Source: a virus
DNA: 64,000 nucleotides
Strand: one strand, 5' to 3'
Virus record (IMG/VR): IMGVR_UViG_3300027659_000010
Shown here piece by piece: positions 27,794 through 37,294 of this stretch (its first letter is position 1; each line of letters opens with the position of its first letter). A program made the position numbers and the translations under genes. The notes below the pieces were generated by a model. That model had not been told where the DNA came from. It saw only the letters and a program-made list of their open reading frames with translations, and did no database searches.

Positions 27794-27985
27794 TTACCAA
27801 TGCCTAATAACGTTGGCAATAATAAACAGGCAGGTGATCACATGGATGATGACCCAAAAAGTTTTTAAGAACAATGCTATCCTTGCTTCGCGTATGGACA
27901 AGATGGGAACATCCGGACGATCTTCGTCTGTCTGTCCCATTAGGTGCCCGGTCGCCCGGGCCCATATACGTTCAAAACTATTCAT
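27794..27985 (-). CDS. small membrane protein
   Basis: 63 aa with a C-terminal TM helix. Confidence 0.7.
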   Translation of the reverse strand: MNSFERIWARATGHLMGQTDEDRPDVPILSIREARIALFLKTFWVIIHVITCLFIIANVIRHW

Positions 27986-28537
27986 TCAACACTCACGTAT
28001 AATAGGAATGTCGCCTTCGTATGTGGCAGAATTGCCTGCGTGTTCAAATACTTCTACAGATCTGATGCGTACTGTTGGATTCAGCGGATAACGATGGTTT
28101 CCGTTTTTCAACAACCAATCCATCTTGTCATAGCATAATTTAGCAAACATTTCGCAGCCTACTCCCGGAACAACACGTAGATCACAAACACCAGATCTAC
28201 GATATGGTTCTATCTGTACACGTTCTGCGTTACCATCGTGTTCGGCGTTTGAACTCCATCCTGCCATTTCTTTAAAACGATCTAGTAAAGGATCGTCTTC
28301 AGCGATCACAGTGGTGTGATCAAACATGTGATCGGCCCACGCCTTGAAGTCTTTGAGGCCACCAAAGTCCATGCCCCAATTCTTTTCGTCCAGAGTATCA
28401 CATTCAAAAATCAATCTTATTCCGATTGAGTATCCGTGTAGTAATGAGCAATGGCTGTGTGTGGCACGCCATTGTCTAAAGCAGCAGGACAGGCCTCTGT
28501 CGTTGCCGTAGGTTTTCGTTGAAAGATATTTCGCCAT
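27986..28537 (-). CDS. queD: 6-carboxytetrahydropterin synthase (QueD/PTPS family)
   Basis: HCSLLHGY, MDFGGLK, FDH, CE.FA, EVFEH.GNSA; ATG 28537 with AGGAGG SD. Confidence 0.88.
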   Translation of the reverse strand: MAKYLSTKTYGNDRGLSCCFRQWRATHSHCSLLHGYSIGIRLIFECDTLDEKNWGMDFGGLKDFKAWADHMFDHTTVIAEDDPLLDRFKEMAGWSSNAEHDGNAERVQIEPYRRSGVCDLRVVPGVGCEMFAKLCYDKMDWLLKNGNHRYPLNPTVRIRSVEVFEHAGNSATYEGDIPIIREC

Positions 28538-28632
28538 CTCTTGCCTCCTATGCATAAAGCGAGTAAGTTTGACGACATGCAGAGTTTATAAAGCGGGATG
28601 AATGACGTAAAAGTCCGCTGTGCCTGTGTGTA
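28538..28632 (-). ncRNA. candidate structured cis-regulatory leader of queD
   Basis: Stem AGCGG/CCGCT followed by TTATAAA; second stem TGCAT/ATGCA abuts the SD; promoter TTGCGT-17-TATAAT at 28639-28667. Confidence 0.45.
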
Positions 28633-28656
28633 TGATTTATTATACTACCAACGTAT

Positions 28657-29250
28657 TTATAACGCAACAAATTCCACGTTATTTTTCTGCCATTCTTGAG
28701 GCATCTGCCAATCTCTGTGATTCCTTATAATGAATTTTTGATCGGAATGATGCATGAACACCCGATTGATCTGATAGATCCAATATGAATAATCTATAGC
28801 CTGCGATCCAGACTGTGCATAATTTTTTGTGCCCTTGTAGATATTATTAACAGCAGAGTTGATAGGATATAGATCGAACCCAATAAGTTCTATTTCAGAG
28901 TATGCTAACTCAGCAGCCAACAACACAGCATACCCCCCACTGCCCCAATGATCGGGGTCGTCCTTTTTGTGTACGCCTTGGTACGGCAGCGCCGGCACAG
29001 TTTTGATATTTTTGTGTTTGCGTATCTTTCTGAAGTAATGAAACCATGAAGGTCTCACATAGATCAACGTGTTTTTGGTCTGAGAATTTTCCACAGCTTC
29101 ATCTGCCATTCGCCGATCACAGCAGATCAAATGATCAACAGTAACGTCTCTGTGAATAGCGTTGCAGCCAATCAGTGTGTCTGCGCTTAATGATTCTATG
29201 TCTATGGCTCTACGGCTTTCGCCATTACCAATAACCACAGCCCGAGACAT
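28657..29250 (-). CDS. Maf/GT29-like nucleotide-sugar transferase-like protein
   Basis: AVVIGNGES, GCNA, D.LICCD, WGSG..A, IELIGFD motifs; TAATG-coupled start at 29250. Confidence 0.6.
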   Translation of the reverse strand: MSRAVVIGNGESRRAIDIESLSADTLIGCNAIHRDVTVDHLICCDRRMADEAVENSQTKNTLIYVRPSWFHYFRKIRKHKNIKTVPALPYQGVHKKDDPDHWGSGGYAVLLAAELAYSEIELIGFDLYPINSAVNNIYKGTKNYAQSGSQAIDYSYWIYQINRVFMHHSDQKFIIRNHRDWQMPQEWQKNNVEFVAL

Positions 29251-30329
29251 TATTCGATTCTTCCGAATCCGCTCCAAAGACCAGGGCTACCTTGATTTAC
29301 GCACACCCATCCTACGAATCTACCAGGAGACGGTTGGCTGTTCCATACGATGTCTCCAACAATAAAATGACCAGATGTAGGAGATTCTGTGTCACTGAGA
29401 TGTATTCTGTTATTGAATTTTATAGATCCATTAACATGTAATGCAGTTCTTGGGTCAGGATTATTTACATTTATTCCTAATATTCCTAATACCGTAACTT
29501 TATTTGCGGGACTACCTAATACGATATTCCCGCCAGATTCGATTGAAATCCTTGCAGTGGCATCAGTGACAATATCAAAGTGGTTGCTGGCATACGTACC
29601 TATATAGCCACGCACAGAATCTTTGGTACCTATTACTACTTCTACGCCGTCTTCGGCTATACTTAGAGCACTGTTGGGATCTTCTGTGCCCAATCCTAGT
29701 CTATTGGTTTCGCTGCTAAAGACCATGTGTTGGCCCACTCTCATACCACCTTCTACAATCAACCCTTTGAGATGGCCTACTTCTCGCAGACTGCTTTTGA
29801 CAACGGTGGGTCCTAGTTCTCGTTCGTCTATCAGCTTGATGTTGTTGACTGTGATGGTCTTGCCTCGGGCAAAATCTAAATTCTCCGACATAAAGAATCT
29901 GTCAGGATTGCTGGCGAATATAAATTGTTTGGTCTGTCCTCGACCAGCCCATAATAATCCTTTGCCTTCTATGCTGTCTCCGGAAAACGTTATGGGAATA
30001 TCTTTTTCGAATTTGATATCTGCTCGTAGTTCGTCTACTATCAGCACCTTGGTTTTAAGGGTGTTGCTAACGGTTAAATTTTCTATGTGCTCTACTGTGA
30101 GTGTTTTAGCATGCACTCCTTGATCGTCCACAGTCAGCTGTGTGGCTGTTGCAGAATCTTTGATACCTGTGCTGGCAAAGTTTTGCACAGTGCCTCCTTT
30201 GAGGTGATCGCCGGACAATGACCTAAAAGGTATTTTTCTGGCAATTTCCTTGGCATCAGGATGTGCTGTTTGTGCTAGGCCGTTGAGTTCGTCTCCGAGG
30301 GCGGCTAAAATATTATTAAGATTGCTCAT
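29250..30329 (-). CDS. virion/tail-associated structural protein
   Basis: SSLREVG.L, RLGLGT.DP, LGINV.NP, LHVNG, GDIVWN..P....GWVC fibre-type motifs; ATG 30329 behind TAAATA. Confidence 0.6.
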   Translation of the reverse strand: MSNLNNILAALGDELNGLAQTAHPDAKEIARKIPFRSLSGDHLKGGTVQNFASTGIKDSATATQLTVDDQGVHAKTLTVEHIENLTVSNTLKTKVLIVDELRADIKFEKDIPITFSGDSIEGKGLLWAGRGQTKQFIFASNPDRFFMSENLDFARGKTITVNNIKLIDERELGPTVVKSSLREVGHLKGLIVEGGMRVGQHMVFSSETNRLGLGTEDPNSALSIAEDGVEVVIGTKDSVRGYIGTYASNHFDIVTDATARISIESGGNIVLGSPANKVTVLGILGINVNNPDPRTALHVNGSIKFNNRIHLSDTESPTSGHFIVGDIVWNSQPSPGRFVGWVCVNQGSPGLWSGFGRIE

Positions 30330-30353
30330 AGTAATATATTTATGCGCCAACAA

Positions 30354-30377
30354 AAAAACAGGCCGAAGCCTGTTTTT
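30354..30377 (-). terminator. intrinsic terminator (possibly bidirectional)
   Basis: AAAAACAGGC-CGAA-GCCTGTTTTT hairpin, with a TTCG loop on the minus strand. Confidence 0.8.
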
Positions 30378-30394
30378 ACTGAGAATTTACTTTG

Positions 30395-31576
30395 TTATTG
30401 CGATCGAACCAAGATAGTATCTTCGTTGATTCTACCATTTAGCTTGATATCCACAGCCTTGATATCGTCTAAGAACTTGCGTAGCTGTACCTTGCTGGCG
30501 GCCTTGAACTCTTTGAACTGTTCTTCTGGCTTGCGCAGTGTTTTTTGCACGGATTTAACAGGATCAAACCCTGTAATACTGGTGCCTTTGACACTGAGCT
30601 CTTGGTACTCAGCTGCCACATACTTGCCTAGTTTGCGGGTTTTTGTATTAAACACCCATAGCTCTTTGGCACCTATAATATCCTGTGGATTCACGCTGAC
30701 TAATTTCAGCTTGTCATCCTGCTTGAGATGTTTCATTTTAGCCACTAGTTTAGACTTATCAGTGGGTTTCTTGGCTCTAGGTTTCTTGTTGATTTTGGCT
30801 TCCTGTGCCAGCATGTCGCAGGCAGAGAGAATCTCGCTGTAGAACATAACGATTTTTTTGACCTGTGCTTTGGTCAAATGACTGTAGCCTTCTTTGAGCT
30901 GTTCGCATTTGCCTTCTTGCAGTTCCAAATATTCGTCATACTGTCGCTGATACCAGTTCTTGATGATCCTGGCATGTGCAGCCTTGACCTGCCGACCTCT
31001 AAGCAAATTCAACAGTTTGAATGCCTTGGGATCAAACGCTTCTGGATCTGCTGAAAACAATTCTATAGCATCTTCGATCTCTTCAGTCATTTTAAAAGCA
31101 GCTTCTTGGGTGCGTTCTTGTATGCTAGGTTGGATCACTACAGGTTTTAATTCTGCGCCTGGCTCTTGTTCCTGTTCGTCGTTCTTGCCTTCTTCGATGA
31201 TGTTGGCAATAGCCTTGCTGAGCCATTCTGCTGTGTTACGACCTTCGTTGAAGTCCGCTCTTACCGGAGGCATGCCACGCAATAGGTTGGCGGCAATGGC
31301 TCCGACTGTGATAGAACAGCGATTGTCTTTGGTATCTTTGAACTGTTTGATGGTGTCTTTGGCATAGCCATTCACGCTCATCCAATTTATAACCTTGGGT
31401 TTGAGATCTTTGCCACTGTGTTCTAATCGGTAGTAGCTCATGGCATTACGAAAGTGACGACTGAATTGGTCTGCGGTCATCGTTTCATAGCCGTCCCATT
31501 TCGGGCTTAAATCACGATTGACTTTAGCACGATGCTCAGCCACATGTTTTTTAGAAACGCGAGTACTTGTTGCCAA
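30395..31576 (-). CDS. conserved hypothetical phage protein (early)
   Basis: 393-aa ORF, TTG start with AGGAG SD, own promoter and terminator. Confidence 0.8.
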   Translation of the reverse strand: MATSTRVSKKHVAEHRAKVNRDLSPKWDGYETMTADQFSRHFRNAMSYYRLEHSGKDLKPKVINWMSVNGYAKDTIKQFKDTKDNRCSITVGAIAANLLRGMPPVRADFNEGRNTAEWLSKAIANIIEEGKNDEQEQEPGAELKPVVIQPSIQERTQEAAFKMTEEIEDAIELFSADPEAFDPKAFKLLNLLRGRQVKAAHARIIKNWYQRQYDEYLELQEGKCEQLKEGYSHLTKAQVKKIVMFYSEILSACDMLAQEAKINKKPRAKKPTDKSKLVAKMKHLKQDDKLKLVSVNPQDIIGAKELWVFNTKTRKLGKYVAAEYQELSVKGTSITGFDPVKSVQKTLRKPEEQFKEFKAASKVQLRKFLDDIKAVDIKLNGRINEDTILVRSQ

Positions 31577-31607
31577 TTTATGCTCCTGTGCAGTAATTAA
31601 TATAGTT

Positions 31608-31636
31608 ATTATAGCACCAATTTAATATAATGTCAA
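31608..31636 (-). promoter_or_regulatory. consensus sigma70 promoter
   Basis: TTGACA-17nt-TATAAT with extended TG. Confidence 0.85.
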
Positions 31637-31819
31637 CCGATCAATTTCAATGGTGTCACCATTGTCCAATTCTTGGAATATGGTCACAGCTTCTATGCCT
31701 TCTAGTTCCAAAGTATTTTTGGCTAATTCTTTGGCTTCTTTCAAACTATTGGTAGTATCTACCAACTCCTGATGCCCGACATCGTCTTCAGACCAGACCT
31801 CATAAAGTTCCCAGGTCAT
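31622..31819 (-). CDS. small acidic hypothetical protein
   Basis: 65-aa ORF in operon. Confidence 0.65.
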   Translation of the reverse strand: MTWELYEVWSEDDVGHQELVDTTNSLKEAKELAKNTLELEGIEAVTIFQELDNGDTIEIDRLTLY

Positions 31820-31828
31820 AATAAATTA

Positions 31829-32386
31829 TTAATCTCCTTTTTCAAAGTTTTCCCAATCTCCACCAGGCGCTACGGCCCAGCCAAGACGTTGAAGATCATT
31901 CCGGATCTCGTCGGTAATGCAACCTTCAGGAACATATTTACGCTGATCATATAAATTTCCAGCTTCTTCGTCTTGATAATCATTTCGGATACCCGAACAA
32001 TACCAATCGATGTAATCACCTTGTTGTCGCATATCAGCTACAATTCCGCCAGCATACCTCCAAGAACATGACCATTCCTCACCTTTAAGTACAGGAATGA
32101 CTTCTAGCCTAATGAATCCATTATTACACATTGCCGCATATAAGTTTTGAGCATATGCATCGTGGGAACGAACTTTCTCCAAAATCCAATCAGTGGTTAA
32201 TAGATCGTACTCCACGTTGTTGATTCTGCTTTTGAGATCGTTAAACTTATTATTATGTTCTTCTAAGACTTGTTCAAACCAATCAAGATAATTTTCATTG
32301 ATAGGTTCGCCTTTTTCTTCCTGTCGTTTGACATATCCCTCTTTTTGGAAGGTATGTCGATCAGGGCTTTTTGAAACTTTATCCAT
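31829..32386 (-). CDS. hypothetical phage protein
   Basis: 185 aa; YAQNLYAAMCNN and WSCSWRYAGG motifs. Confidence 0.75.
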   Translation of the reverse strand: MDKVSKSPDRHTFQKEGYVKRQEEKGEPINENYLDWFEQVLEEHNNKFNDLKSRINNVEYDLLTTDWILEKVRSHDAYAQNLYAAMCNNGFIRLEVIPVLKGEEWSCSWRYAGGIVADMRQQGDYIDWYCSGIRNDYQDEEAGNLYDQRKYVPEGCITDEIRNDLQRLGWAVAPGGDWENFEKGD

Positions 32387-33635
32387 GTGATTTTACAATT
32401 CTATTCATAGATACTTCTGGATCCCATTCTTTGCAATACTTTTTACGATTAGCACGACCTTCTTTAGTATCAGGATCATAGTCGATCCACGAAAACTCTG
32501 TGCCATCACATTCGGGGCAATGACTGTTGTAGTCGTCATCTTCACACATATCGCTACGCATGCCTACCCAACCGCATTCTTTGTTATCACAGATAGCATC
32601 CGCTGGTTCTGGTGGTTGATTGACCCATGAGCCTGTGTCCCAATTATAACCACTCCAGGTTTGCACACCGGAGATTGTTTTGAACTTACCGTATTCCCAT
32701 TCACCGAATTCTGTGCCGTTCCAATATGCTGTACCGTATGTGGTGCCATAGCTTTTCCAAACACAACTATACCAACCTTCTATAGTTGGTTTAGTTTTTG
32801 CAAATTTAAATTTAGGAGTTGATTCCCATGTGCTTGGACTTGTACCAATTGGAGGATGTCCCCAATCCTTTTCTCCAGGCTCGTAGCGTTTAAATCCGCC
32901 TTCATCGTCAGTGAGCCGAACCATGATCATGTCTGAACTCTTGCCGTCAGTGCTACCACCGTTGTTGTCGATTTCTTCACCGTCATACATCACTGAGTTC
33001 ACAATCTCTTCACCATCTACTTCATCGTAGTAGAGTTCTAGTTTTTCAATATCAAACGGTGCTCGAAGTTCAATTTCACCTTCAAAGAACGTGCCTTTTT
33101 CGTTGCTTCTACCAATAAACACCACTTCACCTTTTTTACGACTACCAATCCAGACTTCATCTTGACAACTCCAAGCAGGACTGTCTTCAACATCGTCGCA
33201 GTCATCAAAACTTTTTTCAAAAACTGTATTACCGTTTTCATCTTCGATCTGTATGTGTCCTGCATTGCGGCTCACACCATTCACATGTGCCATATCGTCA
33301 CATTCATACCAGGACCCCGGTCTAAACGGTAATTTTTCTAGATCCAGTCCCATTTCTTCTTGCACAATGTCTTCATCGCTCCATGCTATTTCTGTCAGAT
33401 CCACTGAGTTTTTCACGCAGTAGTTCCAGACTTTTTTATCCACGGTACCCATGACTATTTCACCACCATAGCCCCACAATGAAATTTTATAGGTGCGTGG
33501 TGTAAACTTAAGAACTTCTATGAGTTTTTGTTGTTCTGCTAGATGCTGTGCGGCTAATTCTTCAGCAGTTGGCTCCGGAGCATCGCCGGGAGCGAATGGC
33601 CATGATCCTTTGGGGTTAGCGGTTGTCATACACAA
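32379..33635 (-). CDS. acidic hypothetical protein with C-terminal Zn ribbon
   Basis: 418 aa; CDNKECGW...CPEC. Confidence 0.75.
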   Translation of the reverse strand: MCMTTANPKGSWPFAPGDAPEPTAEELAAQHLAEQQKLIEVLKFTPRTYKISLWGYGGEIVMGTVDKKVWNYCVKNSVDLTEIAWSDEDIVQEEMGLDLEKLPFRPGSWYECDDMAHVNGVSRNAGHIQIEDENGNTVFEKSFDDCDDVEDSPAWSCQDEVWIGSRKKGEVVFIGRSNEKGTFFEGEIELRAPFDIEKLELYYDEVDGEEIVNSVMYDGEEIDNNGGSTDGKSSDMIMVRLTDDEGGFKRYEPGEKDWGHPPIGTSPSTWESTPKFKFAKTKPTIEGWYSCVWKSYGTTYGTAYWNGTEFGEWEYGKFKTISGVQTWSGYNWDTGSWVNQPPEPADAICDNKECGWVGMRSDMCEDDDYNSHCPECDGTEFSWIDYDPDTKEGRANRKKYCKEWDPEVSMNRIVKSHG

Positions 33636-34009
33636 TCTCCTTGTTCAGCAATTTTAGAAGCAGCTTTTGCGGTTGAATTGTTTTTGGATCGAAATTTCTT
33701 AACATCATCCACCGCAGATTTCAGTGTTTCTGCATAGTTAATAGCCTGCTGTTCGGTCATGCACACAGTGGTTTCGCAGTCCACATACCCCTTTGACAAC
33801 AGAGTCCAGATATGTTGCCAACGTGTCTTTGACCAAAAGTTGGTTTTCACCGTGGTGTAGATAGTAACGGTCACTTCATGATCGTCAGATTCAATCCAGA
33901 CATTATGGCTGTGATCATCATCTCCGCAATTACAAACCACCTTGTAGACTCTGCTGTCTCCCCAATCGTGGGTCTTCAAAATACCTTCTGCTGGAATCTG
34001 TGCTTTCAT
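33626..34009 (-). CDS. hypothetical protein
   Basis: 127 aa; CNC...H motif; ATGA overlaps. Confidence 0.7.
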   Translation of the reverse strand: MKAQIPAEGILKTHDWGDSRVYKVVCNCGDDDHSHNVWIESDDHEVTVTIYTTVKTNFWSKTRWQHIWTLLSKGYVDCETTVCMTEQQAINYAETLKSAVDDVKKFRSKNNSTAKAASKIAEQGDCV

Positions 34010-34227
34010 TGTACGGGCAACCTATCAAATGTTTTGACCTGCGAGCGACTGGCTGAAATAGCATCGACCATTCGATCGTAGTCGTCGGGATCCATGGCAG
34101 ATCGATAGATGCTCAGAGCCTGGGTCATCATCACTGCGGCTACTTCCAAGGCACCATGCACACCCACCATGTGATCAGTGAACTCAATATAATTGTCATA
34201 GAGCTGTTGCATTTTATCTTTGCTCAT
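34006..34227 (-). CDS. hypothetical protein
   Basis: 73-aa ORF in operon. Confidence 0.7.
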   Translation of the reverse strand: MSKDKMQQLYDNYIEFTDHMVGVHGALEVAAVMMTQALSIYRSAMDPDDYDRMVDAISASRSQVKTFDRLPVQ

Positions 34228-34393
34228 TTATTTTTTTCCTGTGTTTATATTCTCGTTTGATCCACCATTTATAAGTGTTCCAGTACTGTTTAATTGTAGC
34301 AGGTTCATCTCCGTAGGTCAATCTCTCCTCGCGATTCTCCATCCAAAGTCGTTGGACCCAAAGTCTAAATCTTGAAGGAGAGTTTAGGTCCAT
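34214..34393 (-). CDS. 59-aa hypothetical protein
   Basis: Not in track. MDLNSPSRFRLWVQRLWMENREERLTYGDEPATIKQYWNTYKWWIKREY...; fills the operon gap. Confidence 0.6.
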   Translation of the reverse strand: MDLNSPSRFRLWVQRLWMENREERLTYGDEPATIKQYWNTYKWWIKREYKHRKKINEQR

Positions 34394-35199
34394 AGGCTTT
34401 CCCGAATTTTAATTAAACGAATCATCATTGCTTCATCTTCATCATTGTAGGTTTTTTCAATCTCTTGACTCTTATCCAAGGCAATTTTACACATCTCTGC
34501 TTCTTCTGGTGTTTTGTCGTCCATATCCAAAAGATGGTAACCTTTCTCACGGCGCATGTCACAGTACGCACTCCACCCGCTGGCATCATGAACATCTGGA
34601 CGTTTTGGATAAACTTCCTTCCACCATATGTAAAGCTCTAGAATTTCTTTGGCTGCTTTGGCTTGATATGTAGGCTCTGCTAGATGCTTTTCACCTTCGT
34701 CTAAGAACTCTTCGTTGGTCAGTGTCATTGCCCATTCTAGATAAGCAATACCTGCTTCTGGACAACGCCAATTGCGATACCAACGGCGCCACCATGGATA
34801 ATCGTATTTTTTCTTATCCTCATCACTCCATAAACAGTGGTGCCAAGCCTGTTCTATCTCAACAAAATCCACAAGCTCGTTAAAGAGACAAGGCAGAAAG
34901 CGATTGCCCACATCACGCCAATCACCTGGCGCAATATCTCTGGGATGGGCAGTAAGGGCATGACTGCGAGTAACCCAACGATTATTAATGTAATACCTAA
35001 TATCATTTATTCTTTCCGGTATCCAACACCATACACCTTGGATTTTATCCAACCCTTCTTCAGCGATCCACCAACGGATTGGATATTGGTCTTTAGCGGC
35101 CTTTTCCCATTCTCGCCATTCTTTTCCTGTGCCACACTTTAGTTTAGTGGTCCCACGGATCCAATCAGCAAACGGGGAACAGGTCCAATAATTTCTCAT
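34384..35199 (-). CDS. Trp-rich hypothetical phage protein
   Basis: 271-aa ORF with AAGGA SD behind a consensus promoter. Confidence 0.8.
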   Translation of the reverse strand: MRNYWTCSPFADWIRGTTKLKCGTGKEWREWEKAAKDQYPIRWWIAEEGLDKIQGVWCWIPERINDIRYYINNRWVTRSHALTAHPRDIAPGDWRDVGNRFLPCLFNELVDFVEIEQAWHHCLWSDEDKKKYDYPWWRRWYRNWRCPEAGIAYLEWAMTLTNEEFLDEGEKHLAEPTYQAKAAKEILELYIWWKEVYPKRPDVHDASGWSAYCDMRREKGYHLLDMDDKTPEEAEMCKIALDKSQEIEKTYNDEDEAMMIRLIKIRESLWT

Positions 35200-35235
35200 G
35201 TAATTCCTTCTCAGACTTAATAGTCGAACACTTTA

Positions 35236-35264
35236 ATTATACGATCTTTTCAAGAACCTGTCAA
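35236..35264 (-). promoter_or_regulatory. consensus sigma70 promoter
   Basis: TTGACA-17nt-TATAAT. Confidence 0.85.
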
Positions 35265-35282
35265 TAACGATTAGAAAATGAC

Positions 35283-35666
35283 TTAGATTTTTCGGTGATA
35301 CCCTGCCAAATACAACATCATACTGTACTGCTCGTAGGCTTTTTTCACAGACTCGTGTGTCATACGAAAGTGTGATTCCTCACGTTCTTTGCTCATCAGC
35401 AATTCGAACATATCGGTATAGCCCTGACTGTGAGGATTATTATTAAAGAAGCGTTTTTCCATATCCACCAAAGTCCTTAATCTGCTCTCTGGAATCTGCA
35501 GAGTATAGAGTTTCTCAGTTTGATATTCTACGACATCGTTTCGTATGACATCAGCACGTTCGGGATCTGTAAAGAATCTAGGGGGATGATATCTAGCATG
35601 TCGTCCAGTGTCATTGACCACTCGAACATCGTAGTTTTCACAAAATTTTTTGAGATTATCTTCCAC
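35283..35666 (-). CDS. hypothetical protein
   Basis: 127-aa ORF, GTG start. Confidence 0.7.
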   Translation of the reverse strand: MEDNLKKFCENYDVRVVNDTGRHARYHPPRFFTDPERADVIRNDVVEYQTEKLYTLQIPESRLRTLVDMEKRFFNNNPHSQGYTDMFELLMSKEREESHFRMTHESVKKAYEQYSMMLYLAGYHRKI

Positions 35667-35811
35667 GACCTGCAGACTTCTTGACGGGTTTGTTTACATT
35701 GACCTGGCTACCATGTATGCCGTGATTAGCATCTGTGATGTTTTTGTTGTTGTTTTGTTTTTGATTCTGTTTCTTTTTAAGTAATGCGGCTTTGAGTAGG
35801 TCTGTTTTCAT
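35656..35811 (-). CDS. 51-aa basic protein
   Basis: Not in track. MKTDLLKAALLKKKQNQKQNNNKNIT...KKSAGRGR; ATGA overlap with the thyX stop. Confidence 0.65.
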   Translation of the reverse strand: MKTDLLKAALLKKKQNQKQNNNKNITDANHGIHGSQVNVNKPVKKSAGRGR

Positions 35812-36485
35812 TGCAGCTCCTTGCCTAATAAACTTTCTGCCATGGGAAACACTGTGGCAATAACTTCAGCACAGGCTTTTGCAACAAGTTGATGCTCTTT
35901 TTGTGTGCCGTTACCTGAACGCAGTTCAATGAAGTGAATCCACGAACGCAGGGTGCCGTTCATATAGAGTCTGCTTTCAATTAGGCCTTCTGGAAGAACA
36001 GCTCGAGCCTGTTCCTTGGCTATGCCATTAGCAATTGCCCATTCGTATTCCCGTTGTGCGGCATAGATGACTCGTTGCTGAGCTCGGTACCATTCATTTT
36101 GTAGCAGTTGATCTTCCACTTCGACACTGTTCTGTCTGTTCTTTGGGTCTTGAAGTCTGGCTTCTCTTGTAACGAACGCCAAATCTTTAGTTGGGTCAGC
36201 ATAGCGTTGACTGAATTCCTGAAATGAAAATGATCTGTGTCTGAGGATCTGTCGGGCAATATCTCTGGTGGTAGTGATTTCACAGCAGGCTGATACCATT
36301 TCCAAGGGACTCCAGTGTTGGTGTCGGACCAAGTATCGTATGAGCTTGTCTGATGTTTCAGTGTTAAGCTGGTTTGAGGGATTGCTGACACGGGCGCAAT
36401 ACGCAATGAGTTCCTGCGCATCCTCGATGCCCATGAGTCTAAATTCGCCTGTGGGTTGAGAATAGGATAAAAGTTTAACATTCAT
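35808..36485 (-). CDS. thyX: flavin-dependent thymidylate synthase
   Basis: HWSPLE, RQILRHRSFSFQEFSQRY, EQARAVLP, TQKEH. Confidence 0.95.
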   Translation of the reverse strand: MNVKLLSYSQPTGEFRLMGIEDAQELIAYCARVSNPSNQLNTETSDKLIRYLVRHQHWSPLEMVSACCEITTTRDIARQILRHRSFSFQEFSQRYADPTKDLAFVTREARLQDPKNRQNSVEVEDQLLQNEWYRAQQRVIYAAQREYEWAIANGIAKEQARAVLPEGLIESRLYMNGTLRSWIHFIELRSGNGTQKEHQLVAKACAEVIATVFPMAESLLGKELQ

Positions 36486-36974
36486 TTATGACTCTTTCAA
36501 TATTTTCATGATCTTTTCTTTTTCTAAAAGATCTCGTTCGAGTTCCACGTATTGGTTACGCAGTTCTTTTAACTGCTCCCAACGTGATTCTAATTCTGTA
36601 TTAGGTTTCAGTATGGCCAGTCGTTGTTCAATCTTTTCTATAGCTTGGGTTAGACTCTTACCACCTACAACAATATCAGCACCTTCTTTCATTGTCAATC
36701 CGTCTGCGTCAATAAGCACCGTGGAGGGGCTAGTACTCATGGTATAACCACCGGTGCCGGTTGTTGTTGTATATGTGTAGGGGGAGGTAATACTACCTGC
36801 GGTGAACATACTGCTATCAAGGGTGATGGTGTCTGTGCCCATGCTGGCTCCTATGTTATAGGTATAGTTAGCAGCACCATATCCACCAAGATCAATAGTG
36901 GTACAATCACCACTACTGACCGCGATGGTATCGTCGATGCTTACATTACGCTGACTTAGCTTCTTTGCGGGCAT
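36486..36974 (-). CDS. hypothetical protein
   Basis: Thr/Ser-rich N-terminus, C-terminal coiled coil (IEQRLAIL.P). Confidence 0.7.
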   Translation of the reverse strand: MPAKKLSQRNVSIDDTIAVSSGDCTTIDLGGYGAANYTYNIGASMGTDTITLDSSMFTAGSITSPYTYTTTTGTGGYTMSTSPSTVLIDADGLTMKEGADIVVGGKSLTQAIEKIEQRLAILKPNTELESRWEQLKELRNQYVELERDLLEKEKIMKILKES

Positions 36975-37140
36975 TTTTTTCTTCGGTGATTTCTGTGCGA
37001 CGTGCCTTGACCAACTTGCCTACTTCTTGCAGAGCTTTACGAGCGCGGGTTCCTGCAGCATTGTTTCCTGCTGCGAATTTAGCGTCCTCTGAGAGAAATG
37101 TATCTAGTGCTGCTTTGAGTTGTTCTACTGTGTTTGACAT
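36946..37140 (-). CDS. histone H1-like Hc1-family small basic protein
   Basis: KF..GN.AAGTRARKALQE...RR.EI.EEKN motif; AAGGA SD. Confidence 0.7.
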   Translation of the reverse strand: MSNTVEQLKAALDTFLSEDAKFAAGNNAAGTRARKALQEVGKLVKARRTEITEEKNARKEAKSA

Positions 37141-37183
37141 ATCTGTTTCCTTATCGTTATGTGAATATACTTATTCCGGTCAA

Positions 37184-37294
37184 TGGTGTGGTCGGTAGGT
37201 TTCGAACCTACAAAGGCTACGAACTACGTCAGCGCCCCGTCCCCATTCTGGACTATGGGTCCAGCGGGAGCTTTGCCAATTTGCTCACGACCAC
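37184..37294 (-). tRNA. atypical 111-nt tRNA-like RNA (type II/Leu-like body, expanded anticodon arm)
   Basis: Acceptor GTGGTCG/CGACCAC-A-CCA; D arm AGC-AAATTGGCAAA-GCT; T arm GTAGG-TTCGAAA-CCTAC; long variable arm; 33-nt anticodon region. Confidence 0.75.

Noticed and set aside
37184-37294. Selenocysteine tRNA or stop-codon suppressor
   Set aside because: No TCA or CTA anticodon, a 7/5 stem arrangement with A73, and genes in the window read through intact in the standard code without in-frame stops.
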